Shown one piece after another: positions 1 to 10,822 of a stretch of 64,000 bases of DNA. Made by a program: the position numbers and the translations under genes. The notes below the pieces were generated by a model, which saw only the letters and a program-made list of their open reading frames with translations, was not told the origin of the DNA and searched no databases. Within the stretch, counting starts at the first letter, position 1. The number at the start of each line of letters is the position of its first letter. This stretch comes from an uncultured Nitrososphaerales archaeon (GTDB lineage: Archaea > Thermoproteota > Nitrososphaeria > Nitrososphaerales > Nitrososphaeraceae). The DNA lies in NCBI GenBank assembly GCA_963713605.1, contig CAVQMO010000004.1, positions 59,921 to 123,920 of the forward strand. The letters run 5' to 3'.

Positions 1-138
1 CTTATATTTATAATAAATTTATGAGATATACATTGCTATTATACTCGGTCATGCATTCAAGGTCAAAACAAACAAAATATTATCCATAACTATGTTTTTA
101 TGTCCTTTAATAGTTTCTATTGAAGGTAAAGGATTCGA

Positions 139-681
139 ATGGATTTCCCTCAAAATCTCGATGGTAATAAAGCAAGTAATAAGTATAGTAAACCCCACTC
201 CTTAGACCTGATTGATCTACGAATAATATCTATGCTTTGCAATGACTCAAATACGCCATTTGTTGAAATTGCTAGAAATATCGGCATTTCAGATGCAACT
301 GTGCATATGCGAGTAAAAAGGTTGATGGTTGAAGGGATAATACGAAAATTTACTATTGCTCTCAACTATGATGTGATAGGGTACGATCATCTCGCCTTCT
401 TGGGAATACATACAAAGCCAGGATTTACAGATATAGTTATATCAAAACTTTCATTGTTAGATCCTGTTCTAGAGATACATGAGATGTATGGAAGATTTGA
501 CCTAATGTTGAAGATACGTGCTAAGAACCTGGAAGACATGAGAAATATTATTGAATATAAAATAAGAAACTTGCCCCACATCGTAAAAGTAGAACTCTTA
601 ACCGTACTAAAGTCGGTTAAGGAAGAGCAAATCATTCCTCTAGATGCAGAGATTGATGCATTACAAAAAAATATTCTTTGA
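139..681 (+). CDS. Lrp/AsnC family transcriptional regulator
   Basis: N-terminal HTH LDLIDLRIISML...PFVEIARNIGISDATVHMRVKRL and C-terminal RAM domain (EMYGRFDLMLKI). Confidence 0.93.
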   Translation: MDFPQNLDGNKASNKYSKPHSLDLIDLRIISMLCNDSNTPFVEIARNIGISDATVHMRVKRLMVEGIIRKFTIALNYDVIGYDHLAFLGIHTKPGFTDIVISKLSLLDPVLEIHEMYGRFDLMLKIRAKNLEDMRNIIEYKIRNLPHIVKVELLTVLKSVKEEQIIPLDAEIDALQKNIL

Positions 682-1278
682 TATTCTGAATATATCGAAT
701 AATAAGATATCCAATCCTGAATGACAGCTTCTGCAAAATAATATGAACTGTCAAAATTGAAGAATATCTCCATAACTTCTTTACATCTATAACACATCTG
801 TCTCTATGTCTGTCTGTTGGAAAGCGGTGGCGATAAATCCTCTCTTTGATGTTAGTTCAAATTTCTCTGCTTTCAAGTAGATTGTTATCTCTCATGTTTT
901 GAAGCACAATCTGACACGGATATGTTTTCTCAAATCTTCATGATTTAACTTTTTTAATTAGAAGTTAATTAAGGAAGAAAAACAACTAGAGTTATTCGTG
1001 AGATGACTTATCTTCATGTTGCTTGTTATAGACGTGAAAAAAGCATTAACAATAATAAATATTTAAACTGGTTTATAATCACAATATTAACTTGAATGCA
1101 ACGTCAGATCTCACGAAAGACCGAACAAGAAACACTTTTCTTTTATTATTTCAGTCTAATATATAAAGAAAAAGGGCAGGTTACAAGCCTCAAATAACGT
1201 TTAGCAGAACAGCTAATCAAGATCCAATTGGTACGTACATTGTTTCAAAGCATAACATGTTACCCGCTATACTTTCTT

Positions 1279-1303
1279 TCCCTTACTAACTTATTAGGTG
1301 GAA
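1279..1303 (+). promoter_or_regulatory. Conserved promoter element upstream of VOC gene
   Basis: TCCCTTACTAACTTATTAGGTGGAA matches the element upstream of the paralog (35293-35317, minus strand) at 23/25 and contains TATA-like TTATTA about 25 nt before ATG. Confidence 0.7.
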
Positions 1304-1319
1304 AATTCATTGTGTAATT

Positions 1320-1709
1320 ATGCCTACTATAGTGCATTTTGAAATTCCTTCAGACGATGTTGAAAGATCAAAAAAATTCTACAATGGCTTGTTTGGTTGG
1401 AATATCGAAAAAGTGTCACCAGAAAAGTTGCCAGAAGGAGTCGAATATTGGGCGATAACCACTACAGATCACAATGGAAATAATGCTGTCGCAGGTGGGA
1501 TGATGAAGAGAATGATGCCAGAACAACAGGGAATAACAAATTATATTGATGTCAAATCAGTTGAGGAGTATTCTTCCAAGGTAGAGAAACTAGGGGGCAA
1601 AGTTAGAATGCCAAAAATGGCAGTGCCTGGTATGGGCTATTTGGCAGTATGTTCAGATACAGAAAATAATACATTTGGTTTATGGGAGAATGATACTACA
1701 GCCAAATGA
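1320..1709 (+). CDS. VOC (glyoxalase/bleomycin resistance) family protein
   Basis: MPTIVHFEIP..D.ERSKKFY..LFGW and GYLAVCSDTENNTFGLWE; close paralog at 34887-35276. Confidence 0.93.
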   Translation: MPTIVHFEIPSDDVERSKKFYNGLFGWNIEKVSPEKLPEGVEYWAITTTDHNGNNAVAGGMMKRMMPEQQGITNYIDVKSVEEYSSKVEKLGGKVRMPKMAVPGMGYLAVCSDTENNTFGLWENDTTAK

Positions 1710-2207
1710 GTACTCATAAGTTTTCCCGTTCCCCACCACTAGGATAGCTATCCTACTCTTCATATATCAATGGTTTTATTGGAACCATCATCTTTTGTAT
1801 CCTTAATCTGGTAAATATATCAGCTGAGTACTCCATTTTCATTTTCATTTTCAATAGCTATCCCTAATTCTTGTGATAATGCAGCTTTTCCCTCTCCTGC
1901 ACTAATTATATTATTTGTGTATTTTGGTAGTCTATAAATTTCAAGTTCCTTGATAATGGTACAAAATCCTTACTATCACTAAAATCTTTCACAATGGATT
2001 CTGGATACTTTGGAGCTTCTGGTTGTTAGCGAGTATTCTTCTCTTTTTTGTATCTTTAGATCATAATTGTAATAACGTAACGTAGATTGCATCCTTTTCT
2101 ATTTCTAACTCTTTTTGTGCTTCTCCTGATTCCTTTGGTAATCTCTATAGCCCTATGATAGTCCATCTACTACCATTCCCATACCTTTGAAGAGCCAGAA
2201 AAAATTC

Positions 2208-3050
2208 CTAGCTATATGGAAGTCCTGAAGAGAATTCTTGTAGATTTGTTGCTAAGGTGGGCAAATCCATACCAGCTGTTGTCCATACGATCAATGTTTG
2301 TTCATCACCTGTTCCACTTTGGCCTCCTCTAAGATCTTTGAAGTTATGCGTGCTGTCTATGGTGAAACCTCTGCTCTCAAGATCAGTAGTGTACGTCTGA
2401 ATATCTTGTGTAGGAACCATTAGTATTCCGACAGTATCGCCTGAACTTTGAGTATTATCTGACAATGATGATGATGGTGATGATGATGATTGAATCTGAT
2501 CTACTACTTGAATATCCCCGTTCATTACAAATCCTTCTTCATAATCTTCAGTGTCCGTATAATGATAGTTACCTGTACCATTAAGAGCTAAACTCCTTAC
2601 TTCAAATTGTGGAAATACACCAGTTTCATGCACAGTTCCACCGGTTGAATTATTGGTAACTACAAGATTATGGTCATGGCCTACATCGCTATTGAACCAA
2701 ACAATATTTGTTCCTTTATTTACAATTGCATTTTGAGGGATAAATGGTTGATCTAGGAATCTATCTTCATCTGCTTGAGGGCCATGATGTCCTTCATTTG
2801 GTATTAGAACGACAAGATTCTTAACATTATTCCCAAGTATCATTTGTTGAGTATTAAATATAGAGGATGCATTATTATTTGGAACTTGGTTTGTATTGGT
2901 AATAGTATTAGATTGAATTGTAGCAAATGACTGATCGATTATTTCGAGCGGCATCAGAAAAATTGAAAGCGTAGTTAACATAACCATAACTAAGGCTAAA
3001 TTTATACACGCTATTTTAGATATCATTATATTTTCACTTTTTAGAGGCAT
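2208..3050 (-). CDS. Secreted cupredoxin-like protein
   Basis: Hydrophobic N-terminus; FIPQNAIVNKGTNIVWFNSD..HDHNL and Y.Y...VMNGDIQV cupredoxin pattern; paralog at 33002-33823. Confidence 0.7.
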   Translation of the reverse strand: MPLKSENIMISKIACINLALVMVMLTTLSIFLMPLEIIDQSFATIQSNTITNTNQVPNNNASSIFNTQQMILGNNVKNLVVLIPNEGHHGPQADEDRFLDQPFIPQNAIVNKGTNIVWFNSDVGHDHNLVVTNNSTGGTVHETGVFPQFEVRSLALNGTGNYHYTDTEDYEEGFVMNGDIQVVDQIQSSSSPSSSLSDNTQSSGDTVGILMVPTQDIQTYTTDLESRGFTIDSTHNFKDLRGGQSGTGDEQTLIVWTTAGMDLPTLATNLQEFSSGLPYS

Positions 3051-3401
3051 AATCCTTTATATAAGCTGTGTAGTGTCGTCAATTAGTGTTAGTTCATTCC
3101 TTCCATTAGAATGGGACGTGAGGCTTGTGAAAGCTGGGGCCTATACTGTCGCTGTTCTCTTTAATAGCAATGGCGATTTAGTTACATCTCCTGTCGTGAG
3201 TTCCAAAATATCTTTGACCGTGAGTCCAAAACTCAATCTCAATCCAGGAAATGTTTATCTAATTACTTTTGGAGTTCCTGCAGTATTAGTGGCCGTACTA
3301 GGGTCTATTAATCACCTGCGTTCCAAGAAGATCGGTTTTTAGTTTTAGAATGTGGAAATACACTATTTTATTTCGTCCCATAGTAGCTATTTGATGCTTA
3401 C

Positions 3402-4113
3402 CTAGACGGATTTTTTTCTTATCCTGTAATATTTAAGAACGACCACCCCAACTGCGGCCAGTATTAACATGATGCCTACAATATCAAAAATATTAGAATA
3501 ATCATCATAGAATCTAATCCATGCTTTTCCTGTAAAAAATCCGATCAACGTCAATAATAGACTCCATATACACGAACCAACAAAAGTGCAAAAGGTAAAC
3601 TTAATGATATTCATTCTTGCAATGCCTGCGGGTATGGAGATTAGTTCGCGAATTCCAGGCGCCATTCTTCCTAATAATACTGCCAATTCGCCATGATTAT
3701 CAAACCATGACTTTGTTCTTACTATATCCGATTCAGAGAGTAAATGATACCGTTTACCAATTTTAAGTATAGTAGGCTCACCGATCGTTAAAGCAACATA
3801 ATAGATAATTAGGGCTCCAACGGTTGAACCTAGCGCTCCAACAATGGCCATCCCAACTGTCGCAAGTATCCCAAGATTATTTGTATAGGCTGCTAATCCT
3901 GCAAGTGGAAAGATTAATTCGCTGGGAATCGGAGGAATAAGGTTTTCTAGGAGAGCTGGCAGCAAATATGGCAGGATAGCCAAAATTAGCAATCCAATTA
4001 GCAATGGTTTCTATTATGTTGCCGAATAGACCGTTTCCGTCAGATTTTGATGCTATAATGAGAAAGGTTACTGGTAGCGAAGAAATGATAATGGGAATAT
4101 AAGAAAGTATCAA
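3402..4113 (-). CDS. DedA family membrane protein, frameshifted near 3958
   Basis: GYPAIFAA (ORF 3877-4113) continues as ALLENLIPPIPSE in ORF 3402-4004; GRMAPGIRELISIPAG DedA motif. Confidence 0.9.
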
Positions 4114-4480
4114 CTGTTTTGAATCTCCAACATAATTATAAGTAGTTACCTTGGCTTCAACATATACTTGAAGGTTTTAGATGGATTATTAACATTTGAT
4201 GTAGTGGCTGGAGATCAGCTAGAGACGTTGACAGAACTGGATCTGCTGCTGATGATGAAGATGAAAATGAGGGAGGTAGAAAGAAAGAACTGGGGAGGAT
4301 GTAGATGAAGCCGGTGACAGACAAAAATGATAAGGAAGACACACCATAATTATCTGTAGTGAAGGAGTAAATTATTCTGAGGTTACTCTTTGCAAAAATA
4401 ACAAGTGAATCTGCTACATCTATCTGTCCCGTGTCTGCTTGTTGAACAATTGCTACATTGGGAAGTCTAACCTGAGAATA

Positions 4481-4513
4481 CGACTTATTTCAACTTATTT
4501 CGACTTATTTCGA
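4481..4513. repeat. 10-bp tandem repeat x3.3
   Basis: CGACTTATTT CAACTTATTT CGACTTATTT CGA. Confidence 0.85.
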
Positions 4514-5192
4514 TTGCTGCTCAAAAGAAATATATTTTTAGGATTGACAATTAAATCTCATGCTGTTGCCTGGAAGAGTCATGCCTCCGAAGAATCACTG
4601 ATTACCGCAGTTGTATAGTGTGCTACTCTATACGATTAGATGCGCTGGTAATACTAGATTTGAAAGAGCAAATAAGCGGTACTATCCTCCGATTATGGAA
4701 AAAACTTAATCCGACTAGCAATAAGCCTTTGAAGTTCCCGATATCATATACTATTGATTCCATCCTTCGAATCTTGTATAGGAATTCCAATATTAAATGT
4801 TTATTCCAAAGTAACCGAACTCAGATAACCTCAGTTCCTTTCTGTATTATGGGAACAATGTTGTTCCATCTAATCAGAATTAAGAAGTTAATGAGAACAT
4901 ACTCTTATCACTCTGCATTTATTCCGATGTCCAACATTATACGATCCAACTACCAGGTACGGAGTAGAAACAACCTAGGAACTAGCTATGCAGAAGCTAA
5001 ATGCACTACTACCCGATCAAAGTTCCAGTTGACACGGTCATCTTTGAAGAGGATGCTCCAGTTCACCGAGTTCCTACATCTTAGATCGAGTTGGTAGATT
5101 TTTCAAGGCATCAAAATTACTATTGGAAGATTTGCCGCCCTGAGTTTCACAAAAACAGTTAGCGTTAAGAACGATAACAGATCAGGAACAAT

Positions 5193-6185
5193 ATGACAGG
5201 AGACAATGGCACATTACTTGAATGGTCCCCAGATAAGGACGCCCTTCGTGGACGCGTCGCTGTCGTTGCGGGTGCGACTCGTGGCGCAGGGAAAGGCATA
5301 GCTGCGGCTTTGGGCGAAGCTGGCGCTACAGTAATCTGCACAGGTCGCACTACAAGATCAAATCAGTCCGAGTACAACCGTCCCGAGACGATTGAAGAGA
5401 CTGTCGAACTTGTAACACAACTCGGCGGTATAGGAATTGCTGTCGCAGCAGATCACCTTGTACCAGGCAAAGTAAAAAGTCTGGCTGAGATGATACGGAA
5501 GGATCATGGGCATATCGATGTTCTTGTCAACGATATCTGGGGCGCAGAGTTACTTAAGGGGGGTCCCGTTGATTGGAACACCCCTATTTGGAAACACAAC
5601 CTAGATAGCGGTTTGCGTATACTACGGCTGGCCATTGATACCCATTTAATCACTTCTCATTATCTTTTGCCACTTCTCATTCAAAAGCCAGGAGGCTTAC
5701 TTGTCGAGGTGACTGATGGCACAAATGAATACAATGCATCGCATTATCGGATCTCTGTGTTCTATGATCTAGCCAAGGTAGCCGTGAATCGGCTGGCATT
5801 TTCCCAGGGACATGAGTTGGAACCGTATGGAGCAACGGCGATAGCAATCACCCCTGGATGGCTGCGTTCAGAGATGATGCTTGACAACTTTGGTGTCTCG
5901 GAGGAGAACTGGGAGGATGCCATAAAGACAACTGCTGATAAGAGCCGATCTAGTGCGCCACTAGATTTCGCCCTTTCTGAGTCGCCTAGATACGTCGGCC
6001 GAGCCGTTGTCGCGTTGGCAACTGATCCTGATAGGGCCAGATGGAACAAACAATCAATAAGTTCCGCTCAACTTGCCTCTGAATACAGCTTCACTGACGT
6101 CGACGGCTCACGCCCCGACATCTGGCGATTCATCAAGGAGATCCGTGAGCTAGGGCTCGAAGGAAACCCCTATGATTATCGATAA
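5193..6185 (+). CDS. Short-chain dehydrogenase/reductase (bacterial-like)
   Basis: AGATRGAG cofactor motif, YDLAK catalytic YxxxK, TPGWLRSEMM; visibly more GC-rich than flanks. Confidence 0.92.
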   Translation: MTGDNGTLLEWSPDKDALRGRVAVVAGATRGAGKGIAAALGEAGATVICTGRTTRSNQSEYNRPETIEETVELVTQLGGIGIAVAADHLVPGKVKSLAEMIRKDHGHIDVLVNDIWGAELLKGGPVDWNTPIWKHNLDSGLRILRLAIDTHLITSHYLLPLLIQKPGGLLVEVTDGTNEYNASHYRISVFYDLAKVAVNRLAFSQGHELEPYGATAIAITPGWLRSEMMLDNFGVSEENWEDAIKTTADKSRSSAPLDFALSESPRYVGRAVVALATDPDRARWNKQSISSAQLASEYSFTDVDGSRPDIWRFIKEIRELGLEGNPYDYR

Positions 6186-6325
6186 CTTGAACGCGAAATT
6201 TCTTGCTGCGGTTAGTCATAGGATTATGAATGGCATGATTACCATAGAGGATTTGAATCAAGCCTATTACTGTAGGCCGAAGCGATGAGATATGTAAGAA
6301 GATCTTCGATTCTGGCTAAACCTAA

Positions 6326-6526
6326 GCATACGTAGATCCATTTGATCCACCCATGCCTCCAAAAGTAGAAATGGAATTTGTTAGAAAAATGGCCGAATCA
6401 TTTGCGAAGGGACAACCATATGCTAAGAGAATCGGTTTGACTTTGTTTAGGAACCAGGTCCCCGAGAGATTAAGGGATTTTCATCACCATCAAATAGACC
6501 ATCATGACCACCAACGGCGAGAGTGA
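6326..6526 (+). pseudogene. Orphan C-terminus of a TPP-dependent pyruvate oxidase-like enzyme
   Basis: Reads AYVDPFDPPMPPKVEMEFVRKMAESFAKGQPYAKRIGLTLFRNQV...stop, with no start or upstream domains. Confidence 0.7.
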
Positions 6527-6707
6527 ACGGACACCCTTGTCAGCCATGGTAATTGAGCTATGATCAAGGTATGATTCTGTTGTCGTATTGGTGGGAATAG
6601 CCTCGGATATGCAAATGCAAGTTCTCCCTTCTGTATGAAAATCAATTTTCTCCTCAGGTGAAACCGAATAAAATACTTAATAAGTATTTTAACCATCTTG
6701 AGTTTGT

Positions 6708-7265
6708 GTGCCTATTATTAACTTTCTAAATTTATTTGGTGGAGAAACATTGAATGACTGGAAGATGACTGGAAAGGGAAGCTTTGCAGTACTTCAAAAA
6801 GAGAATGTACTCCAAACACAGGGAGGGATGGGCTTACTATGGTATTACAAAAGGAAATTCAAAGATTTTATTTTGGAACTAGAATGGAAGACGTCTAGTA
6901 AGGGAGATAATTCAGGAGTCTTTGTTAGGTTCCCAAATCCAGGAAATGATCCTTATGTTGCAGTTAGATATGGATATGAAATACAAATTGATGATCTTGC
7001 ACAACCAGATGGTAAGCCTATTCATGGTACGGGGGCAATTTATGAAACTGCTGCTCCGTCTATAATGAACTCAAAACCAACTGGACAATGGAATAGTCTT
7101 CAAATTACGGCAGAGAAGCAGAAGTATACCGTCATGATAAATAGTATTGTAGTGATATCTAATTTTACTGGAAACAGATCGCTTGAAGGCTACATAGGAT
7201 TGCAAAACCATGATAATAGATCTAATGTCTTCTATAGAAATATCAAGGTTGGAGAAATATTGTAA
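6708..7265 (+). CDS. DUF1080 (3-keto-disaccharide hydrolase-like) protein
   Basis: GMGLLWY..FKDFILELEWK, NSGVFVRF, YEIQIDD, GQWN, GYIGLQNH...VFYRNIKV. Confidence 0.92.
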   Translation: MPIINFLNLFGGETLNDWKMTGKGSFAVLQKENVLQTQGGMGLLWYYKRKFKDFILELEWKTSSKGDNSGVFVRFPNPGNDPYVAVRYGYEIQIDDLAQPDGKPIHGTGAIYETAAPSIMNSKPTGQWNSLQITAEKQKYTVMINSIVVISNFTGNRSLEGYIGLQNHDNRSNVFYRNIKVGEIL

Positions 7266-7380
7266 ATTATGTTGTATTGTAATATTGCTTTTATTCTAAT
7301 CAAATGTAAGATACAACTAATCTTACATTTCTTTCTGAGAAGTTTTTGGGCCATGCATACATATTATCTTATAGATTCAT

Positions 7381-7642
7381 ATGAGAACGATTGTAGTAGT
7401 CATGGCAACCGCAGCTATGACTCTACTGATGTCAATCGTTATAATACATGCAGTCAGTACAACCTTTGCCTTAACTGACAACAATACAGATGCAGTGACA
7501 AGAGGAGGAGGAAATGACAGGCAGCAGTATAGTTGAACTTGGATCCTCTGGTAATGATAAAAGTGCAAAATCTGGAATCAACACCACTGTATGTGGCCCA
7601 GATGCAGCACACGCTTGCCAAACGTCTTCTGGTGGACAATAG
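7381..7642 (+). CDS. Small secreted protein (about 86 aa), one-base frameshift near 7502; not in ORF track
   Basis: Signal peptide MRTIVVVMATAAMTLLMSIVIIHAVSTTFA; the shifted frame continues EEEEMTGSS...VCGPDAAHACQTSSGGQ*; span is 3n+1. Confidence 0.6.
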
Positions 7643-7785
7643 CACCATATAATGTGAAGAAAGAACAAACCTGTTCTGCGGATCCATAAGTCTATTTACT
7701 GCTCTCTTGAAATGTTCGGTTGATTCCCAAACTGCATAGACAACGAAGGTACCGCTTTTACTAATACCCTCTGGACTGACATTTA

Positions 7786-8130
7786 CAGTATGAACTAGAA
7801 CCTTTTGGCATTAGAATAATACTTATAGAACCTGGAGCAGTTGGATCAAACTTCTGGAAGAGTATTAAAATTGCTAACAAGGCGACCAGTCCTAATTCTC
7901 CCTATATTCAACTAGCAGCCAATATGTCGAAGACATTTAAGAGGATAGGAGAAAATGCAATGCATCCTTCTGAGGTTGCTAAGTCTATCCTTGATGCCAT
8001 AACGTCAGATGATCCTCAACTAAGATATGTGGTGGGAAATGATGCAATTAGAAGAATAGAAGCAAGGAAAAATATGTCTGATAGAGAATTTGGAAATTTG
8101 ATTAAGGACCAATTCAAAATTAGACCTTAA
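7786..8130 (+). pseudogene. Orphan C-terminal half of an SDR oxidoreductase
   Basis: QYELEPFGIRIILIEPGAVGSNF...HPSEVAKSILDAITSDDPQLRYVVGNDA; no N-terminal Rossmann motif. Confidence 0.85.
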
Positions 8131-8206
8131 TCCTATTTTTCCATCAGTACCATATAGCAGCTGAGGTGTAATTCAGGGACTAAAGTTCACATACAAGATG
8201 GATTTG

Positions 8207-8800
8207 TCACCTCTTCAGTACACCCAACATCATATTTCTTATGGCTAACCAAAATTTCTTATCCTTTAAATTTTCAGAGGGATTTATCAACATATGAAAT
8301 GCAATCCCATCCGACAGTGCAAGAAGAGCCTTTGCCATCTCATCTGACTTTTTTGCATCAAACTTTACCATGCTATTTTTCAATGCATCTTCCAATATCT
8401 TTCTAATAGCATCAACCACCTTAGATATACAGCTCTGAAGTTCTTTTCTTATCTTTTCGCTACGCCTACTAGCACACCACATTTCAAATAAAAATGCGTA
8501 AAAGTCTGGATTCTTTTCAAGGTTCTTTATATATACACTTAATATACTGTCTATCATTTCCTCTTGAGATTTTCCTTTTATTCCTGCCAACGCAGATTGC
8601 ACTAGCTTGCTTGAAGCATTTGCTAATACCTTACTCACCAAATCTTCCTTATCAGTAAAGTAATAGTGTAATATCCCTCTACTAACATTTGCAGCTTTTG
8701 ATATATCTGCTATGGTGGAATTTTCATAACCTTTGGTAGCAAGTACCATAAGTGCTGCTTGCAAAATATGATTTATTTTTCCTTCTCTGCTATTAGACAT
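8207..8800 (-). CDS. TetR/AcrR family transcriptional regulator
   Basis: ILQAALMVLATKGYENSTIADISKAANVSRGILHYYFTDKEDL. Confidence 0.95.
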   Translation of the reverse strand: MSNSREGKINHILQAALMVLATKGYENSTIADISKAANVSRGILHYYFTDKEDLVSKVLANASSKLVQSALAGIKGKSQEEMIDSILSVYIKNLEKNPDFYAFLFEMWCASRRSEKIRKELQSCISKVVDAIRKILEDALKNSMVKFDAKKSDEMAKALLALSDGIAFHMLINPSENLKDKKFWLAIRNMMLGVLKR

Positions 8801-8843
8801 GTTGTTTTCGCATATATTGAGAACCTATGATATATAAAATGTG

Positions 8844-8905
8844 TTGGACAGCCAGCCAAACAATTATATACTCTGCTATTCAAGCTAAGTTGGATGACCA
8901 ACCAA
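8844..8905. promoter_or_regulatory. Pair of TTGG-N8-CCAA palindromes, probable TetR operators
   Basis: TTGGACAGCCAGCCAA (8844-8859) and TTGGATGACCAACCAA (8890-8905) lie next to TATA-like boxes in the divergent intergenic region. Confidence 0.7.
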
Positions 8906-8917
8906 TATCAATTTGAG

Positions 8918-8998
8918 TTGAGTGGTGTAGAAATTAATAAAGGGAAAGTAGTTGTATTAGGAGGAGGATTAGCTGGGCTAACAGCCGCTACACTTTTT
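8918..8998 (+). pseudogene. 5' remnant of FAD-dependent oxidoreductase
   Basis: TTG start, MSGVEINKGKVVVLGGGLAGLTAATLF (GxGxxG), cut off at the stop of the convergent TMEM175 gene. Confidence 0.8.
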
Positions 8999-9003
8999 AC
9001 TAC

Positions 9004-9636
9004 TCAGTCAGTCAGGTAAAGATCTTTTTTTGTTCTGTATACGAATCTCATTACCAATGAGGCTGGAATAATGAGGGCCGGAATTCCCAAGGCAAGTTCA
9101 AGAGAATAGATTGAGGTTCCTAATGAAATGATAAAGACCGCCGGTGTTATAATAGTACGAAAATATGTTAACCTTATGATATCATTATCAATAGCCTTAT
9201 TAGGAGAAAATAGCTTACCTTTTAGCACGTGAGTCCATATACCAAATAGCATAAACCCAGCGAAAATTTGAACAACGCAGTAAAACCCGTAGGCATAGAT
9301 ATTGGTATCATATGCGTTTGTTAGTTTAAATGTAAAAGGTATCATAGTGATGAACATGAGGAGGAACATGTTTAGCCAAATGGTCAAATCTGTGGTTTTT
9401 GCTATCATACTAAATACTGACTGATATGTAATCCAGTACAATGCGATAATCACGAAACTGCTAATAAACAAGCTAATATTCAGTACCAAGTCATTAAGTT
9501 CATCTTCATTGAAGAAGCCGTCTTGTCCAACATGTGGAATTGCAAAATCTATGGCGAGTAACGTAATCGCTACTCCAAATACTGCATCAGTAAAGAATCT
9601 TACGTGAGACTTATTTATTCCGTATATATTTACCAA
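9004..9636 (-). CDS. TMEM175 (DUF1211) family K+ channel
   Basis: FFTDAVFGVAITLL, YW..Y, WLNMFLLMFITMIPFT; about six TM helices. Confidence 0.85.
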   Translation of the reverse strand: MVNIYGINKSHVRFFTDAVFGVAITLLAIDFAIPHVGQDGFFNEDELNDLVLNISLFISSFVIIALYWITYQSVFSMIAKTTDLTIWLNMFLLMFITMIPFTFKLTNAYDTNIYAYGFYCVVQIFAGFMLFGIWTHVLKGKLFSPNKAIDNDIIRLTYFRTIITPAVFIISLGTSIYSLELALGIPALIIPASLVMRFVYRTKKDLYLTD

Positions 9637-10149
9637 TTATAGTGTCACCCCTCCAAACTTGCAAGATCTGCTGTATTTATAGGATAGCTAATCTCTGAAC
9701 TATGTGGAGTCGCAAAAGTTGAACTATTGCTAACCATATTGAGTTAGCGGTTAGTTTTTTCTCTTCGTTCGTCGAAATGTCGCGACTGTATAACTCTGCA
9801 TATATTCCAGCTGCAATAATTTGAAAGTATTCTGATGTATTATTGTTATATCTAGACATTTGCTATCCCGTGGGTACGTATATCGACGTAACTATCATCA
9901 ATAAGAGAACTGCGAATACAGACACTAGTTGGCACTTCATGCTTTGAATAATGATTCAGTGTGATCTTCGCTTATGTGAATTCATAGTCATATCGCTACC
10001 AGTTTAATCACATATCTTTTCTAGATCATATTATGTGATGATACGTCGATAAGATTTATGGTAGTTTCATTTAATACTAAGTCGTTCAATGTAAAAGAGC
10101 TAAAAAGAGTGAGTAACGCTATATAAAAAAATTGGATATTAGCTTTTAG

Positions 10150-10822
10150 TTATCCAACCAGACCGATAGTTCCATTAGTTGCAAGCTTCAGTATTGGGCC
10201 AAATGTTTGTCCGTTATCATTACTAATTCTAGCTACTGGTTCGTTACTAGTATTATTACGTTCCCACCAGCTCACCACTACATTATTACCATCAGCGGCT
10301 ATCTCCGCATTAATAGAATCAGCAGCCGTTGTATTGCTTAGATTGATCTTATCTGTAAATGTAATACCGCCATCAGCGGATGATCTAAATAATACTTCAG
10401 AAGTGTTGTTCGGGGTGTTTTGGTCATTAAACCAGACAATGTAAACATTGTCACCAGAGATTGCAATTGGCGCCTTCTTATCAATTTCAATTTGTTCATC
10501 TAATTCTTCTTCATCATTAGCATTATCATCTTCTTGTAGTACGTCTCTAAATTGCTCATCTTTTTGTTCTATAGGCAGCATTAATTCCATCTTCTTGTTG
10601 TTCAGAGTTAAATTGCGATTGTCTTTCCGGCCGTGCAGCAGTGCCTTCTGATGCTTCCGATGGTTGTTGAGATTGTCTTTCCGGCTGTACGGTCGTCTTT
10701 TCTGGCGGAACCTGTTTAGATTGTTTTGTTGCGTATAAATCTGGTATCCCCATAATTGTTGTAGTTCCGATCATCCCTAATGCTGCAACTGCAATAATGA
10801 TAAAAACTAATAGCTTGATCAT
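10150..10822 (-). CDS. Secreted BNR/sialidase-like repeat protein, frameshifted near 10560-10600
   Basis: Signal-peptide ORF 10556-10822 joins ORF 10150-10590 with KAPIAISGDNVYIVW and Asp-box-like SADGGITF and SNDNGQTF. Confidence 0.75.

Noticed and set aside
795..4445. Dispersed ATCTGTC..TGTCTG..TGTTG motif at about 795 and 4422
   Set aside because: Short, imperfect and low in complexity; cannot be separated from chance without a genome-wide count.
4618..5097. 159-aa ORF, weakly ParB-like at IPMSNIIRSNYQVR
   Set aside because: The rest lacks ParB motifs and has non-protein-like composition.
5158..6218. Integron cassette (GTTAG before the SDR, TAAC...GTTAG after it)
   Set aside because: The putative attC is about 35 bp, too short, lacks L boxes, and no IntI is present.
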